A stretch of 64,000 nucleotides of DNA from Candidatus Omnitrophota bacterium (lineage in GTDB: Bacteria > Omnitrophota > Gorgyraeia > Zapsychrales > Zapsychraceae), in contig JADFXQ010000001.1 of NCBI GenBank assembly GCA_015233495.1, positions 68,045 to 132,044 of the forward strand. Direction: 5' to 3'. Below are positions 39,214 through 48,964 of the stretch, one piece after another; the first letter of the stretch is position 1, and each line of letters begins with the position of its first letter. A program made the position numbers and the translations under genes. The notes under the pieces are model-generated. The model did not search any database. It was given only the letters and a program-made list of their open reading frames with translations, and had not been told where the DNA came from.

Positions 39214-40464
39214 CTATTTCGGCAAAACCACCAGCCCGGATAATACTTTGGGATAAAAATAAGTAGTTTTTGGCGGCATTTTATCGCCGCTTAAGGCGAC
39301 ATCCTTCAACTGCTGAATCGGCACGGAATTCATAATAAACCCGGCTTCCGCTTCTCCGGCATCCACCATCGCCGTTACCCGCTGAATATCCTTGGTATAA
39401 ATGATATCCTTTGACTCCAGTCCGATTTCATCAAAAACAAAACTTTTTAAAATCGCCGCGTCTAATGCCTTATAAGCCGCGGAACCTTCTTTCACCTTAT
39501 CATTGACCAAACGTTTATTCTTCAGGCGTAAAAGCCGTATACCCTCGCGGGTGTAAAGACCAAACGCGTTTTCATTGCGGCCGGCGCGCGCCAGAATAAT
39601 CAAAAGCTCGCCCACCGTCTTCACCCGGTCGGTGCGGAAATAATCATCCAAAAAATGCAAAGGCTTGGTGAGGCGCGTCACGATCCGGTGCATGGGAAAA
39701 ATCTGCAAATCGCGCGAATCCAGATTCGTAAAATAGGTGAGGACAAAATTGTACGGAGCCTCGTCATCGCCCGCCGGGTTGCGCTCTTTGCACAACCGAC
39801 GGTATTCCTGCGCCACTTTAAACCGGTGATGTCCGTCCGCGATAAACAATGGCTGGCCTTCCACAGTTTGCTGAATCTGCGCAATGAGCGCCGGATCTGA
39901 CAACCGCCAGAACAAATGTTTCACCTTGTCCGGGTCTTCCACCTCAAACAGCGGCGTCTGCGGGGCAATATGCCGGATAAAAATTTTATCCATCTGCCGG
40001 GAACGGTCAGAATAACAGACAAAAATCGGCGACAGATCAGCTTTCAAATTTTTACACATCGCCAAACGGTCATCCACCGCCTTAGCGTGGGTATTCTCAT
40101 GCGGATAAACCTTAGAATCGCGGCCGTCTTCGATCCGCATCGCGCCGATAAAACCCAGCCGGTTGTATTTCTGGCCTTGGTATTTATATTCCTGGCGGTA
40201 TACATAAAGCGACGGCTTATCGTCTTTAGTCAAAACTCCGGTCTTCATCCATTCATCAAATCTCTGCTTCGCGGACGCGTAGCGGTCCATGCCGCCCTGT
40301 TCTTTGGGCAAATCAATATGAGTGAAATTATACGGGCTCAAATTATTCAAATGGCGCAGTTCTTCATCCGCAATCACGTCATAAGGCGGACTTACCACTT
40401 TTCCCGGATCCTTGATCTTCGCGCCATTATAGCGCACACCGCAAAATGGGTTGACAATAGCCAT
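39214..40464 (-). CDS. DUF1015 family protein
   Basis: PPYDVI, PHENT, FIADGHHR, MPPKTTYFYPK. Confidence 0.92.
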   Translation of the reverse strand: MAIVNPFCGVRYNGAKIKDPGKVVSPPYDVIADEELRHLNNLSPYNFTHIDLPKEQGGMDRYASAKQRFDEWMKTGVLTKDDKPSLYVYRQEYKYQGQKYNRLGFIGAMRIEDGRDSKVYPHENTHAKAVDDRLAMCKNLKADLSPIFVCYSDRSRQMDKIFIRHIAPQTPLFEVEDPDKVKHLFWRLSDPALIAQIQQTVEGQPLFIADGHHRFKVAQEYRRLCKERNPAGDDEAPYNFVLTYFTNLDSRDLQIFPMHRIVTRLTKPLHFLDDYFRTDRVKTVGELLIILARAGRNENAFGLYTREGIRLLRLKNKRLVNDKVKEGSAAYKALDAAILKSFVFDEIGLESKDIIYTKDIQRVTAMVDAGEAEAGFIMNSVPIQQLKDVALSGDKMPPKTTYFYPKVLSGLVVLPK

Positions 40465-40467
40465 ATT

Positions 40468-40848
40468 TTAAACAACTTTCCCTGAATTTTTCTTTAAAAA
40501 TAAAAAGATCGCCGCCCCCAAAGCGCTGCCGATCGTGTCTGCCAGCCAGTCAAAAACATCAGCGCAGCGACCGGGCACAAAATATTGGTGAATTTCATCA
40601 CTCGCCGCGAAAAGCATAGCTATCAACAGCGCGCCTAAAAAAACAAAACGCGGCAAAAACAACCGCGTTGTCCCAATTAAGGCCCGGGTGAGCAACCATC
40701 CCCACAAACAATATTCAATAATATGCTCGATTTTATCGAAATTGTCAACCGGAACTATTGTCGGCACCCGGCTCAGGGAGGATACAAACCAAATGATACC
40801 AGAATACAAAATAACCGGAAACCAATATTTAAGGATTTTCTCGTTCAT
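40468..40848 (-). CDS. VanZ-family membrane protein
   Basis: DKIEHIIEY, SDEIHQYFVPGR, DWLADTIG. Confidence 0.9.
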   Translation of the reverse strand: MNEKILKYWFPVILYSGIIWFVSSLSRVPTIVPVDNFDKIEHIIEYCLWGWLLTRALIGTTRLFLPRFVFLGALLIAMLFAASDEIHQYFVPGRCADVFDWLADTIGSALGAAIFLFLKKNSGKVV

Positions 40849-40959
40849 ACACAAAGAATATATTATAACAAAATAACCTTATTTGAACTTGTTGTGAAGC
40901 CATTGAATCCTGACCAAAGAACATCTAATCTGTCGAGGAAAGCGTAAATGGCTCTGATT

Positions 40960-41409
40960 TTATTTTGTAAAATGTGTTTTTAATTTATGCTTTTGAGCGG
41001 CAGCTAACAACGCCCCATCGTAGGTCAATAACGGGATATGCCCTAATCGCGCAGACAAATCCAAGTAGGCGGCGTCATAAGTTGTAAGATGATAAGTTCG
41101 TGCGATATCAAGAACGGAAGTGTTTAACCAGCCGGGTGACGATATTGCGTCAATAAACAACGGAAGCCGGCTGGCCATGTCGAGAATTCTTTCTTGAGTA
41201 TGGCGATTTAAGCGTCCTTTATTTTCTGCCATAACCAAGATATTCATGAATTCATAAACAAAAATAGACGGGACGTGGATTTTGATTCTATCTATTTTGT
41301 CAAGCGCCCCAGAATGCTCCCCGGCAGACTCATCCGGAAGAAACCATGAAGCCACAACATTAGCGTCAACGACAACAGATGATATTAAGCTCGACCCTGT
41401 CTTTTCCAT
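40960..41409 (-). CDS. vapC: VapC PIN-domain toxin
   Basis: VVDANVVASW, YEFMNIL, TTYDAAYL, LTYD. Confidence 0.9.
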   Translation of the reverse strand: MEKTGSSLISSVVVDANVVASWFLPDESAGEHSGALDKIDRIKIHVPSIFVYEFMNILVMAENKGRLNRHTQERILDMASRLPLFIDAISSPGWLNTSVLDIARTYHLTTYDAAYLDLSARLGHIPLLTYDGALLAAAQKHKLKTHFTK

Positions 41410-41627
41410 TGATTAAGCTCTTCGATGGTGATCTTGTCTACGGATTGGCGGAGTTCTTTAATTTCTTTTATCAAAGATTTTGAACGGCATAAAAAACTTT
41501 CAGTTACAGGCACTATTTTGGCGACCGGCACATTCTTTTTCATGATGACGTGTTCTTCTCCTCGCATCACCTCTTTGATAATTCCCGACAAATGGCTTCT
41601 TGTTTCTAAAATTCCGCTCGTGGTCAT
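41385..41627 (-). CDS. Phd/YefM-family antitoxin
   Basis: ETRSHLSGIIKEVMRGEEHVIMKKNVPVAKIVP. RBS GGAGGG. Confidence 0.85.
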   Translation of the reverse strand: MTTSGILETRSHLSGIIKEVMRGEEHVIMKKNVPVAKIVPVTESFLCRSKSLIKEIKELRQSVDKITIEELNQWKRQGRA

Positions 41628-41643
41628 ATTACGTCCCTCCATT

Positions 41644-41684
41644 CTGTACATCTAAAGTGTACAGTTAAATATTGTTCATGTCAA
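41644..41684 (-). promoter_or_regulatory. sigma70 promoter with TA operator
   Basis: TTGACA-17-TACACT on the minus strand. Inverted repeat CTGTACA-TCTAAAG-TGTACAG overlaps the -10. Confidence 0.8.
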
Positions 41685-41759
41685 TGTTTTTGGGAAGATC
41701 GGTGGGCGCGTTCGAGACCCCAATGTTTACACATTATCAGGTCATCCGTTAAGACTTAC

Positions 41760-42035
41760 TCATTTACATCCCGGGCAGCAGCCTTCGGCTTTAGCTGGGC
41801 AGGTTTTTTCGGGAGATTTCGGGGACGGGGCTTCGCATTTTGGCGCGTCTTTCTTTTTGTAATCGGTTTCGTAGAAACCTTTGCCTTTAAAAATCACGCC
41901 GCCTCCGGTGCCAATGAGCCGGATAAGCTTGTTCTTGCCGCATTTCGGGCATTTTTTTAATTTTTCATCCGTCATAGACTGCCAGGCTTCTAATCCATGG
42001 CCGCAGGCCGTGCATTCATATTGATATGTTGGCAT
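41760..42035 (-). CDS. FmdB-family zinc-ribbon protein
   Basis: MPTYQYECTACG...CPKCG...FKGKGFYETDY. Confidence 0.9.
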   Translation of the reverse strand: MPTYQYECTACGHGLEAWQSMTDEKLKKCPKCGKNKLIRLIGTGGGVIFKGKGFYETDYKKKDAPKCEAPSPKSPEKTCPAKAEGCCPGCK

Positions 42036-42053
42036 AGGTCGATCCTTTTATTA

Positions 42054-42180
42054 AAGACACACGCCACAAGTAAGGTCATTTAGGCATTTGAAATATTTTG
42101 TCGTATGTGCCTGAGTATCAATATTTCAACAAGACTTTCAAACAGAATGTTTGTGTCTTGTGTCCTATCCTTTGTCCTGT
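42054..42180 (-). repeat. Intergenic element copy D
   Basis: Reverse complement GGACACAAGACACAAACATTCTG...TCAGGCACATACGACAAAATATTTCAAATGCCTAAA...ACTTGTG. Most similar to copy C. Follows the dnaJ stop. Confidence 0.85.
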
Positions 42181-43329
42181 CTATTTAAACACCTTCTTTA
42201 ACTTATCTTTAAACGATTTTTCACCAATATCTTCCCCGCTCGCTTTCGCAAAGTCTTCCAGAGCGCGTTTTTGGTCCGCGCTTAATTTCTGCGGGACGTC
42301 GATCATCATTTTCGCGTAAAGATCTCCGGTGCCGCCCTGATGCACATCCGGCATGCCTTTGCCTTTGAGCCGAAAGACCTTGCCGCTCGGCGTGCCTGCC
42401 GGGATTTTCATTTCCACCTCGCCGGCCAAAGTTTCAACCGCGACCTCGCCGCCAAACACGGCTTTGACAAACGGGATCGGCAGTTCCATATATAAATCGT
42501 TGCCCTCTCGCTTGAATATGTCGTGCTCTAGCGCATGGACATAAAGATAAAGATCGCCCGGCCCGGCCGCGCCGACCTCGCCTTCATGCCTGACCCGCAG
42601 CCGCGACGAATTATCCACACCCGGCGGGACATTCACGTCGATATTTCGGGTGATTTTGACCGCGCCCTGGCCGCCGCATTTCGGACAATATTCGGTGATC
42701 GTCCGTCCCTGGCCGTGACACGCCGGACAGGTCTGCTGCATCCGGAAAAATCCGCTCGACATCATAACCGCGCCTTGACCGCCGCAGGTCGGACACGTTT
42801 TGAGGGATTTGCCGTCTTTCGCGCCTGTGCCTTCGCAATCTTGACAAAATTCATGCCGAGGGACCTGAATTTTCCTGGCAACACCTTGATAAGCTTCCTC
42901 CAGCGTCACCTCAATCTCATATTGAATGTCCCGGCCGCGGCTCTGCCGGCGCGGACGCCCGCCCCCGGAAGACCGGCCGCCGCCGAACATCTCAAAAATC
43001 GAATCCGCGTTGCCGCCTCCGCCGCCGAATATAGAACTGAAAATATCGTTAAACTCGCCAAAATTCGCGCCGCGGAAAATATCCTCCGTCGTATATTGCT
43101 GATCAATCCCGGCGTGACCGTACTGATCATACATCTCCCGCTTCTTCGCGTCGGACAAAACGCCGTAGGCCTCGGAAATTTCCTTAAACTTCTCCTCCGC
43201 CGCTTTTTTCTCTTTCTCCTCAACTCGGTCCGGATGATAACGCAAAGCCAGCGACCGATAGGCCTTCTTGATCTGCGTAATATCCGCGTTCTTCTCGACA
43301 CCCAATATTTCGTAATAATCTTTTTTCAT
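42181..43329 (-). CDS. dnaJ: Chaperone DnaJ
   Basis: HPD J-domain, G/F region, four CxxCxGxG repeats. Confidence 0.98.
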   Translation of the reverse strand: MKKDYYEILGVEKNADITQIKKAYRSLALRYHPDRVEEKEKKAAEEKFKEISEAYGVLSDAKKREMYDQYGHAGIDQQYTTEDIFRGANFGEFNDIFSSIFGGGGGNADSIFEMFGGGRSSGGGRPRRQSRGRDIQYEIEVTLEEAYQGVARKIQVPRHEFCQDCEGTGAKDGKSLKTCPTCGGQGAVMMSSGFFRMQQTCPACHGQGRTITEYCPKCGGQGAVKITRNIDVNVPPGVDNSSRLRVRHEGEVGAAGPGDLYLYVHALEHDIFKREGNDLYMELPIPFVKAVFGGEVAVETLAGEVEMKIPAGTPSGKVFRLKGKGMPDVHQGGTGDLYAKMMIDVPQKLSADQKRALEDFAKASGEDIGEKSFKDKLKKVFK

Positions 43330-43346
43330 ATATTTTTGAAAGTCAT

Positions 43347-43486
43347 AAAGACACAGGACACAAAGACATAAGATATGTTGCACACGTCATTTTAAAATTT
43401 TAATGTGTCTGTCTGATCATCCTTTAAAAAATAAAATACTAAATCACAACACTTGTGTCCTGTGTCTTTGTGTCTTGTGTCCTTGT
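43347..43486 (-). repeat. Intergenic element copy E
   Basis: Reverse complement ACAAGGACACAAGACACAAAGACACAGGACACAAGTGTT...TCAGACAGACACA...TGTGTCCTGTGTC. Follows the dnaK stop. Confidence 0.85.
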
Positions 43487-43491
43487 AATCT

Positions 43492-45450
43492 TTATTTCTT
43501 CTCATCCTCCGCCCGAAAATCGGCGTCGATTACGTCATCCTTGCCGTCGCTCTTGCCGGATGAAGAATGATCATCCGCTTTTCCGGCATTCGGATGTCCA
43601 GCGCCCATATCCGGACCCGGACCAGCCTCGCCGCCCGGCGCCGCGCCAGCGCCCGCCGGCCCGCCTTGCGCCGCGGTCGCTTTATAAACTTCTTCCGCCA
43701 ATTTATGACTGGCTTTTTGCACAGCATCCATCGCGGATTTGATTTTTCCGGCGTCCTTGCTCTCGATCGCTTGCTTGAGCGCCGCGAGCTCATTTTCCAC
43801 ACTCGACTTATCACCTCCGGAAATCTTGTCGCCATAATCTTTCAGCGCCTTTTCCGTTGAATAAAGCAAGGTGTTCGCTTGATTATGCATTTCCGCTTCG
43901 TCGCGGCGTTTTTTGTCTTCATCGGCGTATTGTTCCGCCTGTTTCACCATCTTATCAATCTCTTCCTTCGACAATTTCGTCGGAGCCGTAATCCGGATCG
44001 ACTGTTCCTTGCCGGTCCCGCGGTCTTTCGCAGCCACATGAACAATCCCGTCCGTGTCAATGTTAAAGGTCACTTCCACCTGAGGAACGCCGCGCGGCGC
44101 CGGCGGAATTCCCACCAGATCAAACCGGCCCAATTCCGTATTGTCATTAGCCATTTGCCGCTCGCCCTGCAGAACCCGGATCGTCACCGCAGTCTGATTG
44201 TCATCCGCGGTTGAAAACACCTGGCTCTTTTTGCTCGGGATCGTCGTATTGCGATCAATCAATTTCGTAAACACCCCGCCCAAGGTTTCAATCCCCAAAG
44301 ACAACGGCGTTACGTCGAGCAAAAGAACTTCTTTCGCTTCGCCGCGGATGATCCCGCATTGCACAGCCGCGCCCAAGGCCACGCATTCCATAGGGTCAAT
44401 CCCGCCTTCGATCTTCTGCCCGATTTCCTTTTCCACGAACTTCTGGACAATCGGCATGCGCGTCGGACCGCCGACGAGAATCACCCGGTCCACCTTCACG
44501 TCACTCCCCAATTTCGCGGAGGCGTCTTTGATGGCCTGATGAATTGGGCCGCGGCAGCGCGCCACAATCGGCTCCACCAGACTTTCCAATTTGGCCCGTT
44601 CGATTTTCATAGTCAAATGTTTCGGACCCGTGGCATCCGCGGTCACGAACGGCAGATTGATGTCAGTCGAAACCGTGCTGGACATTTCCACCTTGGCCTT
44701 TTCCGCCGCTTCACGCAAGCGTTGAAACGCCATCTTGTCGCCTTTAAGGTTAATGCCGCTCTCTTTGCGGAATTCCTCGGTGATATAATCAATCAGGACA
44801 TTATCCATGTCCGTGCCGCCCAGCAAATTATCCCCACTCGTCGACAAAACCTCGAAAGTCGAGGCCTTGTGGCCTTCGTCCCAACCCATTTCCAGGATCG
44901 TGACATCGAGTGTGCCGCCGCCAAAATCAAAAACCATGATCTTTTGCTCTTTGCCGACTTTATCCAAACCATAGGCCAGACACGCGGCAGTTGGTTCATT
45001 GATGATGCGCAGCACTTTCAATCCTGCGATCTCCCCCGCGTCTTTCGTAGCTTGCCGCTGATTGTCGTTGAAATACGCTGGCACTGTGATGACCGCTTCA
45101 TCCACGGTATCGCCCAGATATTTCTCCGAATCCGCCTTGATTTTTTGCAAGATAAACGCGCTGATCTGTTGCGGCGTGAATTCCTTATCAAAGACCTTGA
45201 ACTTCTCGCCGGTCCCCATCTTGCGTTTGGCCGCGTATACGGTCCCTTCCGAATTAACCGCGGCCTGACGCCGCGCCGGTTCGCCGACCAAACGCTGGCC
45301 ATCTTTCGTGAACGCCACGAATGACGGAAATGCCTTGCCCGAAGCCACACCCGCGCCTTCGGCCGACGGAATAATCACCGGACGCCCGCCTTCCATCACC
45401 GCGGCCGCTGAATTCGAAGTCCCTAAATCAATCCCAATTGCTCTAGCCAT
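43492..45450 (-). CDS. dnaK: Chaperone DnaK (Hsp70)
   Basis: [40 protein letters not shown]. Confidence 0.99.
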   Translation of the reverse strand: MARAIGIDLGTSNSAAAVMEGGRPVIIPSAEGAGVASGKAFPSFVAFTKDGQRLVGEPARRQAAVNSEGTVYAAKRKMGTGEKFKVFDKEFTPQQISAFILQKIKADSEKYLGDTVDEAVITVPAYFNDNQRQATKDAGEIAGLKVLRIINEPTAACLAYGLDKVGKEQKIMVFDFGGGTLDVTILEMGWDEGHKASTFEVLSTSGDNLLGGTDMDNVLIDYITEEFRKESGINLKGDKMAFQRLREAAEKAKVEMSSTVSTDINLPFVTADATGPKHLTMKIERAKLESLVEPIVARCRGPIHQAIKDASAKLGSDVKVDRVILVGGPTRMPIVQKFVEKEIGQKIEGGIDPMECVALGAAVQCGIIRGEAKEVLLLDVTPLSLGIETLGGVFTKLIDRNTTIPSKKSQVFSTADDNQTAVTIRVLQGERQMANDNTELGRFDLVGIPPAPRGVPQVEVTFNIDTDGIVHVAAKDRGTGKEQSIRITAPTKLSKEEIDKMVKQAEQYADEDKKRRDEAEMHNQANTLLYSTEKALKDYGDKISGGDKSSVENELAALKQAIESKDAGKIKSAMDAVQKASHKLAEEVYKATAAQGGPAGAGAAPGGEAGPGPDMGAGHPNAGKADDHSSSGKSDGKDDVIDADFRAEDEKK

Positions 45451-45480
45451 ATTATTTCTCCCTTTTTAAAATTTTTTATA

Positions 45481-46044
45481 TTATTTGCTTTTCGCTAATT
45501 TGACTTTTGCGGTTCTGATAACCCGGTCTCCCAGACAATATCCTTTTTGCAATTCTTCCAAAACCGTCCCTTCTTCAACCGCATCATTCGGCTCTTGATA
45601 TAACACTTCCTGTGAATGCGGATCAAACTTTTTGCCCTTCGCCTCAAGCGGCTTGACTCCATGCTGGGACAACATCTTATTGATCTGCCCCATCACCAAC
45701 TCCACTCCTTTCAAAAACGCCTCATAATCCTCATGCTTAGCCTGCGCCACCGCCACCGTCCGCTCCAGATCGTCGAGAATATCCAAAAATTCAATGATCA
45801 GCCCCTCATTCGCGAATTTCCGAAAATCAATCCGTTCCCGTTCCCAACGTTTGCGCGCATTATCAAATTCCGCGACGAGACGGACATTGCGATCCTTATA
45901 CTCTGCGGCTTCAGAGAGCAACCGCTCATATTCCTCCGAAGGAATCGAAGCCATCTTGACTTCGCCGTCCGCCTTATCCGTCGTCTCAGGCGAATCAAAC
46001 GGCACCTGCTCCGAATTGTTCATATTTTCGTTTTCATCATCCAT
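45481..46044 (-). CDS. grpE: Nucleotide exchange factor GrpE
   Basis: AEFDNARKR, DDLER, FDPHSQE, QKGY...RVIRTAKV. Confidence 0.96.
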   Translation of the reverse strand: MDDENENMNNSEQVPFDSPETTDKADGEVKMASIPSEEYERLLSEAAEYKDRNVRLVAEFDNARKRWERERIDFRKFANEGLIIEFLDILDDLERTVAVAQAKHEDYEAFLKGVELVMGQINKMLSQHGVKPLEAKGKKFDPHSQEVLYQEPNDAVEEGTVLEELQKGYCLGDRVIRTAKVKLAKSK

Positions 46045-46096
46045 TAACAAAATCCTTGTCTTCAAATAACACCGATACCCAAACCGCGCGCTAAAA

Positions 46097-46196
46097 GTTG
46101 GTGAGGAAATGCTTTCGGGATCGTTCTGAGGCCGTTCTTACCTCTTTTTTCCAGAAAAAGGCCGAAGGCAGAGCCCGAAAACATTTCCTCACCAAC
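46097..46196. repeat. Long stem-loop between hrcA and grpE
   Basis: GTTGGTGAGGAAATGCTTTCGGG pairs with CCCGAAAACATTTCCTCACCAAC (23 bp, 1 mismatch). Confidence 0.8.
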
Positions 46197-46252
46197 CCGC
46201 GCGCCTTTATCGGCAACGCGAAACAACGCCAAAGAACGCCTCGCGTGTAATC

Positions 46253-46990
46253 TCACCACATCTCTTCCAGCAACCGCGAAAAGTAATCCAGCGTAGAGAC
46301 AACGCGTTCATAATCCATACGCGTCGGTCCCAACACCGCGAGCCTGCCGCTCGGCCCATGATGCGTTTTATAACGCGATACAACCAACGAACACGTAGTC
46401 ATGCCTTGGCACCGAATCTCCTGACCAATATGAATATCAATCTTCCGCTGCAAATCCCGGTTAATCATATCCAGCAGCCGTTCCTTTTCATCCAACGCGA
46501 ATAAAATATGCCGGATACTTTCAATATCCTGATAATCGGGATACGCGGCAATGAAATTCGTCCCCCGGCAAAAAACCCGCCGCAAATCTCCGTCAATCGA
46601 AACCAGACTCGTATAATGCGTAGTTTCCGCCAGCACCTTTGAAGTGCGGTCCAAAATATCCTCCAACTCGCGAGTCTTGCGGTCATATTCCATCTTGATC
46701 CGCCGCTTTTCTTCTTCTAACAGATAAATTTCTTCCATCAAATAATCGACATAATACCGATACCCCCACTGGGTCGGAACCCGGCCCGCCGAAGTATGCG
46801 GATGAGTCAAATATCCTTCCTCTTCCAATTCCGCGAGAATATTCCGCACCGTGGCGGAACTCAATTCCGGCAAATATTTTTCCACAATCAATGCCGAACT
46901 TACCGGAGAAATATGATGAATATACTGCCCCACCGTAATCGCCAAAACCCGGTCTTTCCGCGCTTGAATTTCTGCTTTTTTAGTTTGCAT
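46253..46990 (-). CDS. hrcA: Heat-inducible transcription repressor HrcA (short form, ~245 aa)
   Basis: SSATVRN...LEEEGYLTHPHTSAGRVPT...GYRYYVD and GPTRMDY. Confidence 0.95.
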   Translation of the reverse strand: MQTKKAEIQARKDRVLAITVGQYIHHISPVSSALIVEKYLPELSSATVRNILAELEEEGYLTHPHTSAGRVPTQWGYRYYVDYLMEEIYLLEEEKRRIKMEYDRKTRELEDILDRTSKVLAETTHYTSLVSIDGDLRRVFCRGTNFIAAYPDYQDIESIRHILFALDEKERLLDMINRDLQRKIDIHIGQEIRCQGMTTCSLVVSRYKTHHGPSGRLAVLGPTRMDYERVVSTLDYFSRLLEEMW

Positions 46991-47034
46991 CCGTCTGCTC
47001 CCCATTTGGTTTTTCGTTCCCCGGAACGAAAAAC

Positions 47035-47061
47035 TTAGCACTCTATAAATCAGAATGCTAA
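47035..47061. promoter_or_regulatory. CIRCE operator upstream of hrcA-grpE-dnaK-dnaJ
   Basis: TTAGCACTC-N9-GAATGCTAA (1 mismatch to consensus). Confidence 0.92.
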
Positions 47062-47083
47062 AGCGCAATTATAACAAAAAAGT

Positions 47084-47761
47084 TTAGGTTGTCAAATTTT
47101 CTATCCGCTTCACCAAATGCATCAATTTCTCCGCGCTTTTCTCTAATAAAGATAATTGATTAATTAAAATCGGACGGCTCGGTTTAAAATATCCCGCCTC
47201 GCTGAATTCTAAAATAATCTCGCCATCAATGACTTTCAAAGAATTGAAGACTGCTCCCCGCGTATCCGCGTTAGCAAAATCGACAAACAGTTGCGCGACT
47301 TGTTTATTCTCAAATAAACTCCGCGTCAAATCGAGATTATTCGTGTGATAAGTAAACCGCGCCAGGCTCTTCGGCAAAATAAACGGCGCGGCAGTCGTAT
47401 CGGAACTCTGAGTGTTCTGCGCAACCGGCGCTCGTTCGGCACGAATTGTTCTGCGGTCCTCTTTCTCCACCAGCGAAATAGAATAGGGCGTCGCGGTTTT
47501 CACGCGCAAATATCCTTTAAATTCCCGTTCGCGGAACCCGCGCGATTCTCGATCTTCATAAACGCACAAATGGCCGTCATAAACAAATTCGATTTTAAAA
47601 GCGTTTTCAAATTCCTCGAGTGGGATCACCTGACCCCCCACCTGCTTAGCCAAGGCGGACAAAAATTCTTCCCGGGTTATTTTTTTCACCCGAAACCCCC
47701 CGGATAAAAAAACAATTCCGATCAAGCACGCCGCAACAAATAAAATAATATACAAAGTCAT
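47084..47761 (-). CDS. Hypothetical membrane-anchored protein
   Basis: 225-aa ORF with an N-terminal TM helix, in operon orientation. Confidence 0.7.
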   Translation of the reverse strand: MTLYIILFVAACLIGIVFLSGGFRVKKITREEFLSALAKQVGGQVIPLEEFENAFKIEFVYDGHLCVYEDRESRGFREREFKGYLRVKTATPYSISLVEKEDRRTIRAERAPVAQNTQSSDTTAAPFILPKSLARFTYHTNNLDLTRSLFENKQVAQLFVDFANADTRGAVFNSLKVIDGEIILEFSEAGYFKPSRPILINQLSLLEKSAEKLMHLVKRIENLTT

Positions 47762-47777
47762 TTTGCGATCGCCGCCT

Positions 47778-48665
47778 TTATGGTTTTACTGCCGCTTCTA
47801 AAGAAAAAGTAGTTTGACTTTCCAGCACGCCGTTCGGCGCGTAGGTTTTAAAATCCCCCTCCTGCCGATCCGATTCATATCTTCCGACGGTTTTCAATTG
47901 CCCGGTCGGATAGAATTCCTGATAAACGCCTTCCTTTTTGCCGTTTTTCAGCGGCACCGCGGATTTCGATTCGCCAGTGGCGTAATATTCTTTTTCCGTC
48001 CCGTCACTCGTCCAGCCATTGGCCAAGGTGATATCTTTCTTCAATTCGCCCGTCGGGTAAAATTCCTTGACCACTCCCTGCGGCACTGTGTTATCCGCTT
48101 TAAACGAGCGCGTCAACAATCCGTTATTGTCAAACTCGCGAACCAAACCTTCTTGAATCCCGTCTTTAAAGGTGGTTTCCCGGACCAAAGAACCATCCGG
48201 ACGATATTCTTTTGCCCAGCCGTTCTCATGTCCGTTCTTATAATCCCGTTCATAATGCAACTGGCCGCTCGGCCAATATTCCTTAAATAACCCGTCCTGT
48301 CTTCCCTGGTAATAGCGCGATTCCGTCCATAACCGCCCGCTCTCATAATAACGCTTCGCTTCGCCGTCTAAAATTCCGTTCTTATAATGCACTTCCATCT
48401 TCTTAATCCCATCGGCAAAATAGCCAATCGCTTTCGCCTCTAATTTTCCGTTCACATACAGCCCCTCACCCATCAGCTTCCCATTCTGATAAAACGTATT
48501 AAACATCCCGTTCGGCTTCCCGTTTTGGTAGGTTAACAAACGTTTCACCTCGCCGGAATTATAAAACTCCCGGTACAACCCGTCCTGAATATATTCCGCG
48601 CGGACCGGTAAAGCAAAAAACCATCCCAAAAACCAAGCCCCAAACAAAATTTTTCGCAATTTCAT
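47778..48665 (-). CDS. Secreted MORN-variant repeat protein (YwqK-like)
   Basis: Signal peptide plus many YxNGxxxG/KEYYxxG repeats. Confidence 0.88.
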   Translation of the reverse strand: MKLRKILFGAWFLGWFFALPVRAEYIQDGLYREFYNSGEVKRLLTYQNGKPNGMFNTFYQNGKLMGEGLYVNGKLEAKAIGYFADGIKKMEVHYKNGILDGEAKRYYESGRLWTESRYYQGRQDGLFKEYWPSGQLHYERDYKNGHENGWAKEYRPDGSLVRETTFKDGIQEGLVREFDNNGLLTRSFKADNTVPQGVVKEFYPTGELKKDITLANGWTSDGTEKEYYATGESKSAVPLKNGKKEGVYQEFYPTGQLKTVGRYESDRQEGDFKTYAPNGVLESQTTFSLEAAVKP

Positions 48666-48748
48666 CTGTGCCTCCTGTTAGTTGAGGCATTATAACATAT
48701 CAGCCCTATTCACATGGTTCCAAAAACGAATTTCTACTAGGATTTACT

Positions 48749-48953
48749 GATTTCTTGTATTCGCCGCGTTTGCGCGAAAGCGTTTTGAAACGGATCAGCG
48801 GAATAATTACCGAGCGCGCCTCTGTTCGAGTGCCGCCGGGGGCTATCCCCCGGCGGTGCGAGTTAGGCGCGCCCGCTGAGCCGCTTCAAAACAGCGGCCC
48901 TCCCGCATTGCAGAGGCGGGAGTTGAAGCTCTCAGCGACGAATACAAGAAATC
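48749..48953. repeat. ~205-nt nested palindromic element (MITE/REPIN-like or structured RNA)
   Basis: 19-bp terminal IR GATTTCTTGTATTCGCCGC / GCGACGAATACAAGAAATC with several nested stems. Confidence 0.8.
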
Positions 48954-48964
48954 CGCCGATCCGT

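Noticed and set aside
5439-43486. GACACAA elements and the 54497-54580 repeats as CRISPR arrays
   Set aside because: There is no regular repeat-unique spacer array and no cas genes. The copies are dispersed or too short.
44359-45324. 321-aa plus-strand ORF
   Set aside because: Antisense shadow of dnaK with no recognisable motifs. The same applies to 42535-43371 (dnaJ), 28128-28730, 39916-40485 and most short ORFs in the track.
46062-46259. 65-aa ORF between hrcA and grpE
   Set aside because: It coincides with the long stem-loop and has no protein features.
47778-48665. YwqK 'antitoxin' as part of a TA or immunity pair
   Set aside because: It is a generic secreted MORN-repeat protein with no adjacent toxin gene.
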